A stretch of 64,000 nucleotides of DNA from Eledone cirrhosa (GCA_964016885.1 OZ024742.1:193068001-193132000); one strand, 5' to 3'; positions 45,474-58,947 are shown, counted from the first letter of the stretch. Notes: generated by a model from the sequence alone, not told the origin. Translations and numbers: made by a program.

Positions 45474-47225
45474 ATGTCCCCAGATGTATGTGACAGCACG
45501 GAGAACCTCCTCAGCAGAATCGGCGTGAGTAACCGATCTGGGGACCTAACCAACTGCATAATAGGCAGTATGGATGTTGTGTCCCTGTATCCATCTATTG
45601 ACGTGGATTTTGCTGTGGAGAAGTGCGTAGAAATGATCAGTGAGAGCAAGGTTGAGTTCCGTGGGATTGATACCAGTGAGCTGGGACTCCTACTTAAGCT
45701 TACCTATAGTAATAATTACCTAGACACATATGACCTTAGCAACCTGTGCCCTAAAAGACCAGCAAGAGGCAGACCACCTACCATTACCTCAATGGCCAAG
45801 AAAACCCACGCAGATAGATGGAACGGGTGGACCAGAGCCATACGGACACCCGAAAACCACGATAAACTGAAGAAAATGATTGCACATGCGGTAGGGGCCA
45901 GCATAAAACTAACCCTTAAGGAACATATGTTCAAATTTAATGGAAAAACATATGCCCAAGAGGAAGGAGCAGCCATTGGTGTTAGCATTGCAGGCGACAT
46001 AGCTAACTTATTCATGGTATGGTGGGACAGTAGACTTAAACTTAAACTTAAAGAACAATTAGAAGACCCCTTAACCCTGATAATGTACTCCCACTACGTA
46101 GATGATATAAACATCGTAGTTAAGACATCCCCACTAGAGAACAGTCAGGAACAAGAGAAAAACACAATGGAAAGCATCCAGCAAATAGCAAACTCCATCC
46201 ACCAGAGCATTAGAGTTACTATAGACTACCCAAGTAAACACCCCAACCATCGATTACCTGTACTAGACACAGAGCTCTGGTTAGATACCATTAACAACAA
46301 AAAACAAATCCTCCATTCCCATTATGCCAAACCCATAACTTCCAAACATCTGATCCACCGAAACTCGGCAGTTTCGGACCATACCAAAATCAACATACTG
46401 ATTGCGGATTTGGTACGGGTGATGAGAAATGTGTCCCGCATGTGCAACCCCGAAGAACTAGAGAGACACATACAACACTTCATCCACCGTATGCAGTTCT
46501 CTGGCTACAATCAGAGAGATAAAATCAGAGTGTATAGAGGAGCCAGAACCAAATGGGAAAAAATGGTAAATAATGAGATAAATGGGACCTGCCCATTGTA
46601 TAGGAGCAAATTCTGGAATAGAATAGAAAGAACTAGGAACAAGGCTAATAGAATAAACTCATGGTATGATAGCAATAAATACCAGAGTGTAATGTTCATC
46701 GATACAACCCCTAGAGGTGATTTAGCTTATAAATGTAGAAGGGCCCTAAATAAACATAAACCCAATATTAAGATAGTAGAAAGACCAGGTACCTCCGTAA
46801 AAACACTTATTATCAAGACATACCCTTTTCAAAGACACTCATGTATAGATAAGAAATGTATAACCTGTAAAATAAGCCCCCATATTAACTGTAAAACTAG
46901 AAATGTAGTGTATAGCATAAGATGTACTGAAGGACAATGTAGAGACAAGAATATAGTGTACATAGGTGAGGCAGCTCGTAGTGTAGGGGAACGAATAAAT
47001 GAACACTGGCGAGACCTTCAAGATAATAAAGAATCATCTGTACTCTACCAACATGCTAAAATAGAACACAAGAGTAAATTAGAGAACATAGAAATAAAAA
47101 TAGAATCTACACACAGAAAAGACGCAATGTTTAGACAAATTACAGAGGCTATAAACATAAAAGAATTACAACCAAAATTAAATAGAAAATATGAGTGGAA
47201 CAGCAACATCACAACTTACAATTAA
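45474..47225 (+). CDS. PLE reverse transcriptase/GIY-YIG endonuclease (C-terminal 583 aa of a frameshifted ORF)
   Basis: GSMDVVSLYPSID, GAAIG, YVDDI, LPVLD, C....C..C, NVVYSIRC, YIGEAARS...R..EH, RQITEA..I...LN motifs. Confidence 0.85.
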   Translation: MSPDVCDSTENLLSRIGVSNRSGDLTNCIIGSMDVVSLYPSIDVDFAVEKCVEMISESKVEFRGIDTSELGLLLKLTYSNNYLDTYDLSNLCPKRPARGRPPTITSMAKKTHADRWNGWTRAIRTPENHDKLKKMIAHAVGASIKLTLKEHMFKFNGKTYAQEEGAAIGVSIAGDIANLFMVWWDSRLKLKLKEQLEDPLTLIMYSHYVDDINIVVKTSPLENSQEQEKNTMESIQQIANSIHQSIRVTIDYPSKHPNHRLPVLDTELWLDTINNKKQILHSHYAKPITSKHLIHRNSAVSDHTKINILIADLVRVMRNVSRMCNPEELERHIQHFIHRMQFSGYNQRDKIRVYRGARTKWEKMVNNEINGTCPLYRSKFWNRIERTRNKANRINSWYDSNKYQSVMFIDTTPRGDLAYKCRRALNKHKPNIKIVERPGTSVKTLIIKTYPFQRHSCIDKKCITCKISPHINCKTRNVVYSIRCTEGQCRDKNIVYIGEAARSVGERINEHWRDLQDNKESSVLYQHAKIEHKSKLENIEIKIESTHRKDAMFRQITEAINIKELQPKLNRKYEWNSNITTYN

Positions 47226-47425
47226 GGACAAAATGAAAACACACACACACATAGAACAAACAACCAACCAGTAACATGTAAATAAACAAATAAATAAATG
47301 AACATAAACACACACAAACACCCGGATGTGGCGCATGCGCAGACTGAGCACATAACACACACACAGAAACAAAATGGCGTAGGACAGAACAAAGGAGAGG
47401 CACAGAAACAAAGAAAGGAATCCCC

Positions 47426-47470
47426 AGTCACTGAAGATGTCACAGAGTGTGTGACGAAAGAACTATGACT
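47426..47470 (+). ncRNA. Minimal hammerhead motif, family A pLTR (second copy at 48130-48174)
   Basis: agtca-CTGAAGA-tgtcac agagtgt gtgac-GAAA-gaac-UA-tgact. Confidence 0.7.
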
Positions 47471-47678
47471 ATATATAAACAACTATCTGGTTGTGGACCC
47501 AACCAACTAACCAAACATTTTTAAATTTGTAAATTTATAAATATATAATAAATTGAAATGAAGTAACTGGTGCGTGTGTTTCTTATTGGCAACATGACCC
47601 TCCCAAAGTATAGCAATATCGGTTTCAACACACGATTTCAGATAAAGAAACTTGCTAAACAAATTCAGAAAGGAAATA

Positions 47679-47719
<41 letters not shown>

Positions 47720-48377
47720 AGATTTGAATGGATACAGTTTAGTTGAAAGGAATTTATTGACACGTGTTTCTATAACAGTTACATAACCTAAAACAGCTGC
47801 TATCTACAAACTTTTAGTTATGCAGACATAATGTTTAGACAAATTACAGAGGCTATAAACATAAAAGAATTACAACCAAAATTAAATAGAAAATATGAGT
47901 GGAACAGCAACATCACAACTTACAATTAAGGACAAAATGAAAACACACACACACATAGAACAAACAAACAACCAGTAACATGTAAATAAACAAATAAATA
48001 AATGAACATAAACACACACAAACACCCGGATGTTGCGCATGCGCAGACTGAGCACATAACACACACACAGAAACAAAATGGCGTAGGACAGAACAAAGGA
48101 GAGGCACAGAAACAAAGAAAGGAATCCCCAGTCACTGAAGATGTCACAGAGTGTGTGACGAAAGAACTATGACTATATATAAACAACTATCTGGTTGTGG
48201 ACCCGACCAACTAACCAAACATTTTTAAATTTGTAAATTTATAAATATATAATAAATTGAAATGAAGTAACTGGTGCGTGTGTTTCTTATTGGCAACATG
48301 ACCCTCCCAAAGTATAACAATATCGGTTTCAACACACGATTTCAGATAAAGAAACTTGCTAAACAAATTCAGAAAGG

Positions 48378-48427
<50 letters not shown>

Positions 48428-49143
48428 AGATTTGAATGGATACAGTTTAGTTGAAAGGAATTTATTGACACGTGTTTCTATAACAGTTACATAACCTAAA
48501 ACAGCTGCTATCTACAAACTTTTAGTTATGCAGACATAATGTTTAGACAAATTACAGAGGCTATAAACATAAAAGAATTACAACCAAAATTAAATAGAAA
48601 ATATGAGTGGAACAGCAACATCACAACTTACAATTAAGGACAAAATGAAAACACACACACACATAGAACAAACAACCAACCAGTAACATGTTACTGGTTG
48701 GTTGTTTATTCTATGTGTGTGTGTGTTTTCATTTTGTCCTTAATTGTAAGTTGTGATGTTGCTGTTCCACTCATATTTTCTATTTAATTTTGGTTGTAAT
48801 TCTTTTATGTTTATAGCCTCTGTAATTTGTCTAAACATTATGTCTGCATAACTAAAAGTTTGTAGATAGCAGCTGTTTTAGGTTATGTAACTGTTATAGA
48901 AACACGTGTCAATAAATTCCTTTCAACTAAACTGTATCCATTCAAATCTTTCTATATATATATATATATATATATACATATATATTTCCTTTCTGAATTT
49001 GTTTAGCAAGTTTCTTTATCTGAAATCGTGTGTTGAAACCGATATTGTTATACTTTGGGAGGGTCATGTTGCCAATAAGAAACACACGCACCAGTTACTT
49101 CATTTCAATTTATTATATATTTATAAATTTACAACGGAAAATA

Positions 49144-49223
<80 letters not shown>

Positions 49224-49366
49224 AAGTGTTTATGTATGTGGTTGTGAGTATGTAAATATATTTTATTCTTTCCATTCTACAAAAACACTCTGGCCACCTG
49301 TGGCTTGTATGTTAACTTGACCACTCACCTCAGTTTGTGCCATGATTCGGTCTTGTTTATCTTCTA

Positions 49367-50182
49367 CTAGCAGTAAAGCCCGGCGTTGCTCGGGGTCGCT
49401 CAGTAGCTGTGTTAAAGTTACAATGTTAAGTTAACATAACGATAACCCGAATGTTATAACAAAAGAGGATGCTGGGGATAGAAACTGCACTGGTTATTTA
49501 TTAACAAAGATCGAAAATGTAAACACTGCAACGCAGAGAAAAATATTAGCGTAACCAAATTATCAGTTATGTCTGTCTGCACGCCTATATCACCTCTCTG
49601 CACGACTGTCTGTCTGCACGCCTATATCACCTCTCTGCACGACTGTCTGTCTGCACGCCTATATCACCTCTCTGCACGACTATCTGTCTGCACGCGTATA
49701 TCACCTCTCTGCACGACTGACTGTCTGCACGACTGTCTGTCTGCACGCCTAACGACGAAATATTTGCTTGTTTTACGTAGTCTTTAAATAGACTTGTTTT
49801 CATGTAAAAATATTGTTTTAAAATGCTTTTAAATGGAAATGAAGCAAAACGGAATCCTAGTGTTCGAACTGATGAATTTTGCAGGTCAATATTTTGCTGG
49901 CTCGACAACTGTTCGTGAGAAAGCCAGCGTAATTTTTTACGTAAGACGCTCAATGTAAACAGAACAAAGGGAAATAACTGATAACTTACGCTCAAAAATC
50001 GATACATTATATTCGATTTCGTCACATAGGGTGGGTCAATTTGAAATTTTTTTTCCGATGTCTTCGCTAGGGCTCAATGTACAAGTATAGCAATTTAGGT
50101 GCAATTCCATGAGAGATTCTAAGAGGAGATGTGTGCCAAAAATCGATAGACAGACAGACAACCACAGTTTTATATATATAGA
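49367..50182 (-). mobile_element. Non-autonomous Helitron, complete
   Basis: Minus strand reads A|TCTATATATATAAAA...cccgagcaacgccggg ctttactg CTAG|T (TC start, subterminal hairpin, CTAG end, AT target). Confidence 0.85.
49571..49750. repeat. 37-bp minisatellite inside the Helitron (~4.5 units)
   Basis: gtctgtctgcacgcctatatcacctctctgcacgact repeated. Confidence 0.9.
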
Positions 50183-50529
50183 TTACCAACCCACCTAAAA
50201 AAATTTCCCTACTATATATCTGTTGAATTGCTATTCATGGGGTTTTTACTTATTTTTTTTATTATTTTTTTTTAATTTTTTAATTTTTTAATTTTTTAAT
50301 TTTTTAATTTATTTATTCATTTATCTATTTATTCATTTATTTATTTATTTACTCATTTATTTATTTCAAAATAGCACTCTGGCTAATTGACCACTCCCCA
50401 AAGAAAAAACGGCCTCTGCCATGTTGTGGTCCTGTGTATCTAAATACCATCCCCCCCCCCCCCCCCCAGCAACCACCCCCACCCTTACCACTACCTAAAT
50501 GTACAAATACCAGACTTAATATGACACCA

Positions 50530-50580
50530 AGCTTCCTGAAAATTTCATCTGAATGAAACAGTACTAGTCCTGTAGAAGCT
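50530..50580 (+). ncRNA. Type I hammerhead motif (G8A), family shared with 57308 and 14818
   Basis: agcttc-CTGAAAA-tttca tc tgaat-GAAA-cag tactagtc ctg-UA-gaagct. Confidence 0.55.
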
Positions 50581-50668
50581 CCTTCTATACAATAAAAAAA
50601 TGTTTACACTGCCATGTATTGAGTACCTTACTTACTGTGGTTATCCCCGACTCAACCCGGGATCTACG

Positions 50669-50700
<32 letters not shown>

Positions 50701-50867
50701 TAACACCAAAGAATCGCTGCTTTCACCCTCTTTAAGTAAAGAATCGCAGCTTTCACTAATTCTCTTACTGGTAATTGAGTAATATAAAATATTACCCTTA
50801 TCTTATTTATAACTATATATAGATTATATATATAAGAATACATATTATTATTATTATTGATTTTTGA

Positions 50868-51063
50868 GGCGGTGGATTGGCAGTATCGGTAGAGCGACGG
50901 ACGCCAAGCTTTGACGCATAGAGTTACGGCCCTTGCCATTCTGAGTTCAAATCCCGCCGAGGTTAACTTTGCCTTTCATCCTTACGGGGTCGATAAAATA
51001 AAGTACCAGTAATACACTGGGTATTTGCTGGCCTTGTGCCTAACGTAGAAACAATTATTATTA
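50868..51063 (+). mobile_element. tRNA-derived SINE, same family as 1091
   Basis: Full head, B-box gagttcaaatccc, core and (att)n tail; attattattattgatttt occurs on both sides. Confidence 0.88.
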
Positions 51064-51069
51064 TTGATT

Positions 51070-52440
51070 TTCGAATCTCAGTCATTGATGTTATTTAACT
51101 GGAATGTTTGTTGAAATGAATATCAAGCCGCTTCCTGCAGCCTCAGATATTAAGGAGGTAATGGAGGGTTCTTGCGGTTCCCAGCAAGCATATGTTTTGA
51201 AGTGTTCCAAAAAGCGGGGCTGCACTATCTTTCTTTAACCATCCTTGGAAACTTTTTGAGATAGTACCTAGTGCGCCTATGACAATCGGGACGACTCTGA
51301 CTTCATGGCAGTTCCAAACCCTTTTTACCTCCCACTTTAAGTCCTGGTATCGGTTAATTTTCTCCCTCTCCTTTTCTTGCAATCTCGTGTCAAATGGGCA
51401 GGCCACATCCACAATCAGGCACGATCTTTTTTCCTTGTCCAAAACCACCAGATCAGCTCTATTGTGTTCCAGATTCTTATCAGTCTGTATCCTAAAATCC
51501 CATAGCACCTTCACCTGACCGTTTTCCATCACCGACTCTGGCTTATGCTCATACCACTTCTCAGAATATGGTAAACGTTTACCTTGCATAGGTGCCTGTG
51601 GATCACTCTGCCCATCACATCATATCTCCAGCCTTTATAGTGAGTCTGGGCTAGGTGTTTACACTCGGATACAATATGAGCCACAGTCTCCTCTCTCTCT
51701 CCACATATCCTACACATTGGGCTAACCTCCTCCTTGTAAATATGGTGTTTCAACCACTTCGTTTCGAGTGCCTGCTCTTGCGCAGCCATTAGCATTGCTT
51801 CTGTAGCTTTTTTAAGGTCACCTCTTTTTAACCAGTTCCATGTCTGTGGATCTCTAAATTCAGTTTTCTCAAAGAACGTACTATGAAGGGATTTTTTATG
51901 AAGGTTAGTCTTGCTCCTTGTTATTTCCTCCTTGGACATCCCCTGGTCTATTGTCTTCTCCTTTCAGTACAATTATGAGAATTAGCTCCCTACTGTCGGT
52001 CACGTATTTGTGCAGGTTGTTTTTCTCCATCTGAGCACAGTCCTCTATGCAGATAAGACCTCTTCCACCTTCAGATCTCTTTAAGTATCGACATCACTCC
52101 TCTTGTGGAACATGTTGTAGATAGTCAATAGCTTCCTAGTCTTCATATCCATTTCTTTTTGTTCAGCAACATTCCATCTCAGAATTCCCGCACTGTTCTT
52201 AATAATAGACACAGCTCGGGAATTCACTGCACTTATGACATACCTACTATTTAGATGTGATTTGAATACGCTCCCTACTCTCCTAATGTATCAATTCCTG
52301 CATTTTTTTGTTCTTGATGTCATCTGCCTCCAGAACACCTAAATATTTGTATCCTTCTTCAGTGTCAATTTCCTTTATCATTTCACCTGTTGGTACCAGT
52401 ATTCCGCTGCTTCTGCTCAATTTACCCCGTTTTATCACCA
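51070..52440 (-). mobile_element. Second REL-endonuclease LINE family (R4-like), decayed 3' portion
   Basis: GYKYLGVLE, CRICGEREETVAHIVSEC, LWDFRIQTD...RADLV...DVACP motifs across broken ORFs. Confidence 0.85.
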
Positions 52441-55400
52441 GGATCCCACTGCCCCCCCCCCCCATAAAAGAGGGAGAAAGAACCTTAAAAATAAGAAAAT
52501 GAAAACTACCCCCACCTCCTCCACCACCATCAACAGCCACACCCCCACAACCCACCTACACCATCACCACCACCACCACCACCACCACCACCACCCTTAC
52601 CATCTACCCCATCGTCACCCCCAACAACACGACAGCAAACAGAAAACACCAACACACCAACAGCCATAGACACAGACAAAACAAAGCTTTTAAATTACAT
52701 TCAACACCACACCAACATCACAGAAACAAACTACGTACAAACCACCAAAATTGCACACACCCCACACACATAAAAATAATAGAAATTACACAACAAAATT
52801 ACATAACATTAAAAAAAATGTTCCCCACATCAATTGGTGACTACCGAGGGAACATCACCAAAAGAATATTCAAGGATATTCTCGTGGAGAAACCCGCCAA
52901 TGGTCGGAGGGATGGATCACCTACCCACCCTTCCTAAAGAAGAGCCAGAGGTAATATTATTGTACCTCTCCCCTCTCACTTGTTTTCCTCCTATCCTAGC
53001 CAACATGGCTACTCTCAGAATAGGTAGCAAACATGTACGTGGTCTGGTGCCGTATTGGAAGAAGGGGCACCTGCTGAACAATCTCAGGTCGCTAAACATA
53101 GATGTGGTGGCCATCAGCGAGACCAGAATCTCCGAGGCACGGGCCTTCGCACACATCTTCGGCAGCTACTATGTGTACGCATCTCCCAGCCGTCCTGGAT
53201 CGGGGGGGGGGGGAGAGTTGCTGTGCTTTTTCGAAGAGGTTTGGAACTCACCATACGGGCCATCTTTCTGGACACAGAAGGTAAGTTGGTGGTGATGGAC
53301 GTGACCAGCGGAGACGGGCAATCTTTCAAGCTAGTGGCCGTCTATGCCTCGACAGTAGCAGGGCGGCCTGATTTCTTCCGGCGTCTGGAGACCTTTCTTG
53401 GAACGTCAGGCTCTTTTTTTGTTAGCGGGCGACTGGAACGGGATCTTAGACGCACGCTGGGACTGTGTGGGATTAGCGGATAGGGGAGGAGGGTGCAAGA
53501 GCCTCACCAACCTGCTCAGTCGTTTTGAACTGTCTGACAGGTACCGATTGTATTTCCCGAATGTGCCAATGTGGACTTGGACAAATCGCATAGGGTCATC
53601 CACATCATATCTAGAGAGAGTATTTTGTAGGGAAATAGATAGGTCTAGCATAGGCTGTCCACAATTCAAGATAGTCAGTTACACGGACCACAAATTTGTG
53701 ATCTGTGTGCTTGACTTAGATAGGCTTCATAGACAAGGACCCGGCTACTGGAAGCTAAACGCGTCCTTACCAGCGCGCAAGGCCTACAGATGTGAATTAG
53801 CGAACTAGTTAAGCGGGCGTTGATGGGTGCCATCGTCAACAACAAGTGGTGGTTTGTTCTGAAAAGAGCGATTAGAATAGAGTCCATTAGGTTTACTAAG
53901 GCTTTAGCAATGGAGATAAATAGAGCAGAGGGAGAACTAGTTAGAAAATTAGACGAGGCGCTTAGCAAAGGCATCGCGACTGACGTACTTGCGGCGAAAT
54001 TGGCCCTTGACCAATTCTTCAATGCAAAGCACGAAGACTGCGTTGTCAGAGCTAGCGTGCGTGCTCTCAGACACGAGGGGACGAGGCGCGTCGTGGCAAC
54101 AAAGCCACGATCCGGTCTTTGGTGGACCACGACGGGCGCATGCTACTCGATCTCGGGAAAATGTGTGAAGCTTTTCAGCGACACTTCGCACAGCTGTTCG
54201 GGGGAAGCGGCGGGCCGGATCGAGGGATGGACTTTAGTGTCTACCTCGACGGACAGCCGCGGCTCTCGTCTACTGAGGCGGCGTGTTGCGAAGAGCCGAT
54301 AACAGTCGCTGAAGTACGGGAGGCAATGACTGGCTGCACAAGGGGTAAATCGCCTGGTTTGGATGGTCTGCCCTATGAACTATAAGTACAGATGCCACAT
54401 TTGTTCGGAGGCTTCTTGGCGGGCGTCAACTGCAACTGGCAACAGAATAGAAGAATTACCAGCTCTGTGAGCCGAGGAGCTGTGGCGCTGTTGAGAAAGG
54501 ATCCGAACAAGGGGGATAACATAGATAAATTCAGGCCCATAACCCTGCTAAACACAGAGTTCAATATTTTGGCCAAGGTGTTAGCAAAGAGGTTGGCGCT
54601 TGTCGTTGGTGGTCTGGTGGGAGAGGCGCAGTCATGCGCCATTCCCGACAGATTCATCCACGACAACCTCCACCTCATGCGATACATCGTAGAGAGGGTA
54701 GCTAGGGAACCTGGCACGGCTGGGTCCTTTATCAATTTAGATCAGTCGAAAGCTTTCGATAGGTTCGACCATCGTTACCTGGCGGCAGTCCTGAGGGCGG
54801 CTGGCTTTGGGGCCATCTTCAGAGGCCTGGATCGCTGCCATGCACAGCGACATCTGCTCTGTGGTGAGAGTGAACGGTTACCTTTCGGAACCGTTCAACA
54901 TCATGCGCTCGGTCCGCCAAGGATGTCCCCTCTCGTCCCTCTTGTACGTATTAGCTCTCGAGCCATTACTGCACAAACTGGAGACGTTGAGGGGGATTCC
55001 GCGCGAACTAGGATGCGGAAGATCCGTGTCAGCATATGCGGACGATGTCACTGTAGTGATATCGAACGCCAAACACATCGAGGCGATCGGCACTACACTA
55101 AGAGAATACGAAGCGGTGACAAGTGCAATGATCAACCAGGAAAAGTCAGTGGTCCTTCAGCTCGGCACCTTGGAGAGGCAGGTCCATGCCGTCCAACAGC
55201 GTCGTCGGGCACTGGACGGATGGACCGGTTAAATCGCTAGGGGTCTGGTTCGGTCCGGACCTCCAGACGGACAACAACTGGGACGAGGTGACGAGCAGGG
55301 AGGCTTCCCTCAGCAAGAAATGGGCGGAGAGGAAGCTATTCCTGAAAGGTCGAGCGGAGGTGGCTAACGCGTACATCGCGTCCGTCATCTACTATCGCCT

Positions 55401-56652
55401 GACCGTCATACATTGTCTTAAGCCCCGCCTGACTGCGCTGGAGCGTTTGCTCCTTCGCTTTTTGTGGAAGGGACGCGCTCCGATGATCAGCCGGTCCATC
55501 TGCTGTCAACACCCGCCACGTGGAGGGCTGGGCATGACGTGGCTGATGATGCGCAGACAAGCACTCAGGCTACGACATCTCCACCTCTTCCTCGACGGTT
55601 CTCAGGTTCGGTCGTCGTTTGCTAGACGCGTCTTTCCCCCGCTCGTCTCCTTGGCGGAGCTGCAGTCCTGGGTCAAGCGAAGACCGAGAGGGAGCGCTTG
55701 GAGACTGGAATGTCTTCAGGCGCTCACATCTCTCGACCAATCGGGCAATGTGATCGGTGGAAACTCCACCTTGGCGTTCTATAGAGGTTTAGTGGAGGGG
55801 AAGAGCGACGACGTACTTGGGGAAAACCTAGGCGTCGACGAAAATCAACTAGCCAATCTCTTCGGAAGAACTTCTGGGCCAAAGCCTGTGGACAACTTCC
55901 AGAAATCCCTGGCCTGGCTGTGCTACCGAGGAACTTTGCCAGTTCGGGATAAACTCTACAGGCATGGAGGTGCCGTCAGCCGGGCATGTCCGAGATGCGC
56001 ACAGGGCGTCGAAACCGTCCTGCACGCACTCGTCCAGTGTCCGAGCATTGCTGACTTGTGGGTTTATGTCGAACACCTGCTGTCACGTGTAGGACGGATC
56101 CAGCTATCAGCTGAGTCCTTCGTGAGGATTGCCCCGCCCTCTCCCTTTAGCCGGGAAGGCAGGCAGTCTTTATCTGTCTGGTGGCCATGACGAAAGAGAT
56201 AGTATGGTGGACACGTTTGAAAGGGCTGAAGACGAGCACTTACCTCTTCGGTGATGCCCTGATTAACTTTTTCAAATTTCATTTGTAAAGGAAAATCAGG
56301 GTGGAGAGGGAAGTGCTCTCTTCCCAGCATTTTGTTGAAAGATGGGTGAGAGAAGCAAGAATGGCCCGAGTGAATGGGCCTACTCTGAGTATGTGTCTGT
56401 AAATTAAAGTTGGAAAACTGGGAGAGGGCACTTGCCCTGGTGGTCAGGGTCACTGTGGCTTTTTAATGGGCCTTCTCCACGAATGTCCCTCGGAAGTCTG
56501 CCTCCTATTGGGGAATTATTTCGTTGTTCTATTATTACATCCTCTGTTTTTTTGTTTTTTCCGCGCAGAAATGCCCTTTTGTACCGTCCTGTATTGTCCT
56601 CTACTGTCCTTAATGTCGACTTTGTGTAAACCCTTGTGGTTAATAAAGAAAA

Positions 56653-56653
<1 letters not shown>
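52441..56653 (+). mobile_element. Tx1/L1-clade LINE (APE + RT + CCHC), 5'-truncated and frameshifted
   Basis: ORF2 ~53005-56402 with ISETR, GDWN, TDH, GYWKLN, KSPGLDG, RPITLLNTE, RQGCPLS, YADD, CPRC...ETVLHAL.QC; AATAAA and (att)n tail. Confidence 0.9.
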
Positions 56654-56683
<30 letters not shown>

Positions 56684-56867
56684 GGCGGTGGATTGGCAGT
56701 ACCGGTAGAGGGTCGGACGCCATGCTTTCCAGCATAGTTACGTCCCTTTACGATCTGAGTTCAAATCTTGCCGAGGTTGACTTTGCCTTTCATCCTTACG
56801 GGGTCGATAACATAAAGTACCAGAAATGCACTGGTTAATTGCTGGCCTTGTGCCTAAAGTAGAAACA

Positions 56868-56902
<35 letters not shown>

Positions 56903-56965
56903 GTATCAGTAATGCACTGGGTAATTGCTGGCCTTCTGCCTAAAGTAGAAACAATTATTATTATT
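56684..56965 (+). mobile_element. tRNA-derived SINE with duplicated 3' end
   Basis: Head, B-box and core as at 50868; 56901-56965 repeats the 3' ~55 nt. Confidence 0.85.
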
Positions 56966-57307
56966 ATTATTTTTAATATTTTTATTTTCTTTCATTATTG
57001 TTTCTGAGATATATGCCGAGTATCTTCCTGACACCTAGGGCAAATAAATTCACCAGGTGCATTGGTAAGCCAGTTAATACAGCACATTGATTATAATTTA
57101 AAAAAAATTATTATTATTAGTATATATACATATACAATGATATTAAATAAATGGAAACCATATTTATAAAACAATATTTATTTTATTATATATATTTCAA
57201 GGGTAACCAAGATAAAATACAAAGTTTGTTTTATAAATAGAGACATACCCATGAAAATCATAACTTATCGGTTCGAAATTCACTAAATATATATACATAT
57301 ATATATA

Positions 57308-57394
57308 TTCTGATGATTTCTCCCGAATGAAACAGTTCTAGTCCTGTAGAAGCCAATTCTATATTTAATATTACCCCCGATTGAACCCGGGATA

Positions 57395-57395
<1 letters not shown>
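57308..57395 (+). ncRNA. 5'-truncated hammerhead motif plus family tail
   Basis: CTGATGA-tttc tccc gaat-GAAA-cag ttctagtc ctg-UA-gaagc; the 5' strand of stem I is cut off by (TA)n. Tail ccccga...aacccgggat is shared with 50645-50664. Confidence 0.55.
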
Positions 57396-57430
<35 letters not shown>

Positions 57431-57876
57431 TGTGTACATATTTGCTTCGTCCGCCTGTTCTTTCGCGTATCTATTTCTATTTCCCTGGAAGAAATTGGCT
57501 GTGTTCAGACGTAGCGATGGTTGGCTTCAACCTCATAACATTGACACCACGACTAGTTCAAGAGATCTGAGCGCAGGAATGGATGAGTGGATGGGTAGTT
57601 GTTGTATTCAATCAATCTCCTGCAACCTAGTAATGTTTTATAATATTACTTGATGCAGGAGAGTGATTGAATACTAGAAACTAACACTCTGAACTGACGC
57701 CCACAACAAATTTAATTCTAGCTTGAAAATTTGGAACTACCATTCATAACACTTTTTGTTTTGTAAAAGCTCCATTCTCATTACAAACTCTTATCTCACT
57801 TATTCAAGTCACAACCACCCATCTTTTTAACGGATGGTGTAATTAGAACTATGTATATTGTTTAATTTATGAATTA

Positions 57877-57909
<33 letters not shown>

Positions 57910-58362
57910 GTCATTGTTGTCGTTGCTGTTGTTGTCGCAGTCGCTGTCGTCGTCGTCGTCGTTGTTGTTGTTTATCGCTTGGTCGACTACGATTACCAAA
58001 ACTGATCAAATGTTTTCCAGCAATAACAAATCCCATCATACTTTCTGTCTTAGTATAATTAGGATTATATTTTTTCCATGTGATTCTTTGTTGTTCTTTT
58101 AAGTACATACCGTGTGATATGAGAGAGATGTTACTGATATTTACGCAACTTATGTGACCTCGTAAAGGTTATTCACTTTCGATGTACCACCTTTATTCTT
58201 AATATATACGAGAACAAAGTAATTATTATCACGTCTGTGATTAATTAAATGCATGATAATGAAGTTTAATAATTACAAATGCGATACAATGTAGTCAAAT
58301 TAGACTTTGCAATAATGTGATCTTGATTTAGTGTGTGATTTACATTGTGATTTTTATTGCAG

Positions 58363-58466
58363 ATGATTATCACAGCTAACAACTTCTTCCAGAATTTAAT
58401 TCAAATCAAATCTAGACGTGTGAACCTTTCTATGACAGAGTTGCGTGAAAAGCCTACCAGAAAGGG
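58363..58466 (+). CDS. M13 metallopeptidase, internal exon D
   Basis: ttattgcAG|...|GTaag, 104 nt, ends in phase 2. Encodes MIITANNFFQNLIQIKSRRVNLSMTELREKPTRK, matching the M13 'yf.N.......l..Lr..v.r.eW' segment. No further exon recognised before the window end. Confidence 0.85.
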
Positions 58467-58671
58467 GTAAGATTCTCTGGCGTATTGTGCAGCTGTATTT
58501 CTAAGTGGGTAACTATGTATAACTATGTGCATTGTGTGTTTATCAATATGCTTGATATGCTTGTATGTGTTTATTTGCAGTGTAATGTTTGGACTTTGAT
58601 AGATTTACTATAGATATTGTACTATCAGTACTGTTCACATCTAACGTGATTATTTAATGTTGAAATGTGTC

Positions 58672-58729
<58 letters not shown>

Positions 58730-58947
58730 AAGTGTCAAGCTCTTCAAAAAACCACTGGTAAATGAATTAATTATCTTATGTTGTTTATTACATGACTAAA
58801 AAAGCTATGTATCCTACATAGAGCACTTTTTTTACTTTACCTTTCCTATATAAATACTTCATTTATATATATTTATATATATATTTATATATAAATGTGA
58901 CTGATGGCACTCTATGCTCTTACAGAGTAGAGAATGATGTAATATAA

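Larger units (their letters stand above)
44061..49131 (+). mobile_element. PLE family A, long copy with tandem 3' repeats and a terminal inversion
   Basis: N-terminal ORF (PTDKSG) frameshifted near 45250-45385, then RT/GIY-YIG ORF 45474-47225. Tandem ~704-bp units start at 47129, 47831 and 48539; fold-back at 48690. Confidence 0.92.

Noticed and set aside
49571-49750. CRISPR-like 37-bp periodicity
   Set aside because: Head-to-tail minisatellite without unique spacers, inside a Helitron in eukaryotic DNA.
50868-50960. tRNA gene
   Set aside because: A/B boxes belong to a SINE head; no cloverleaf, and it continues into the SINE core and tail.
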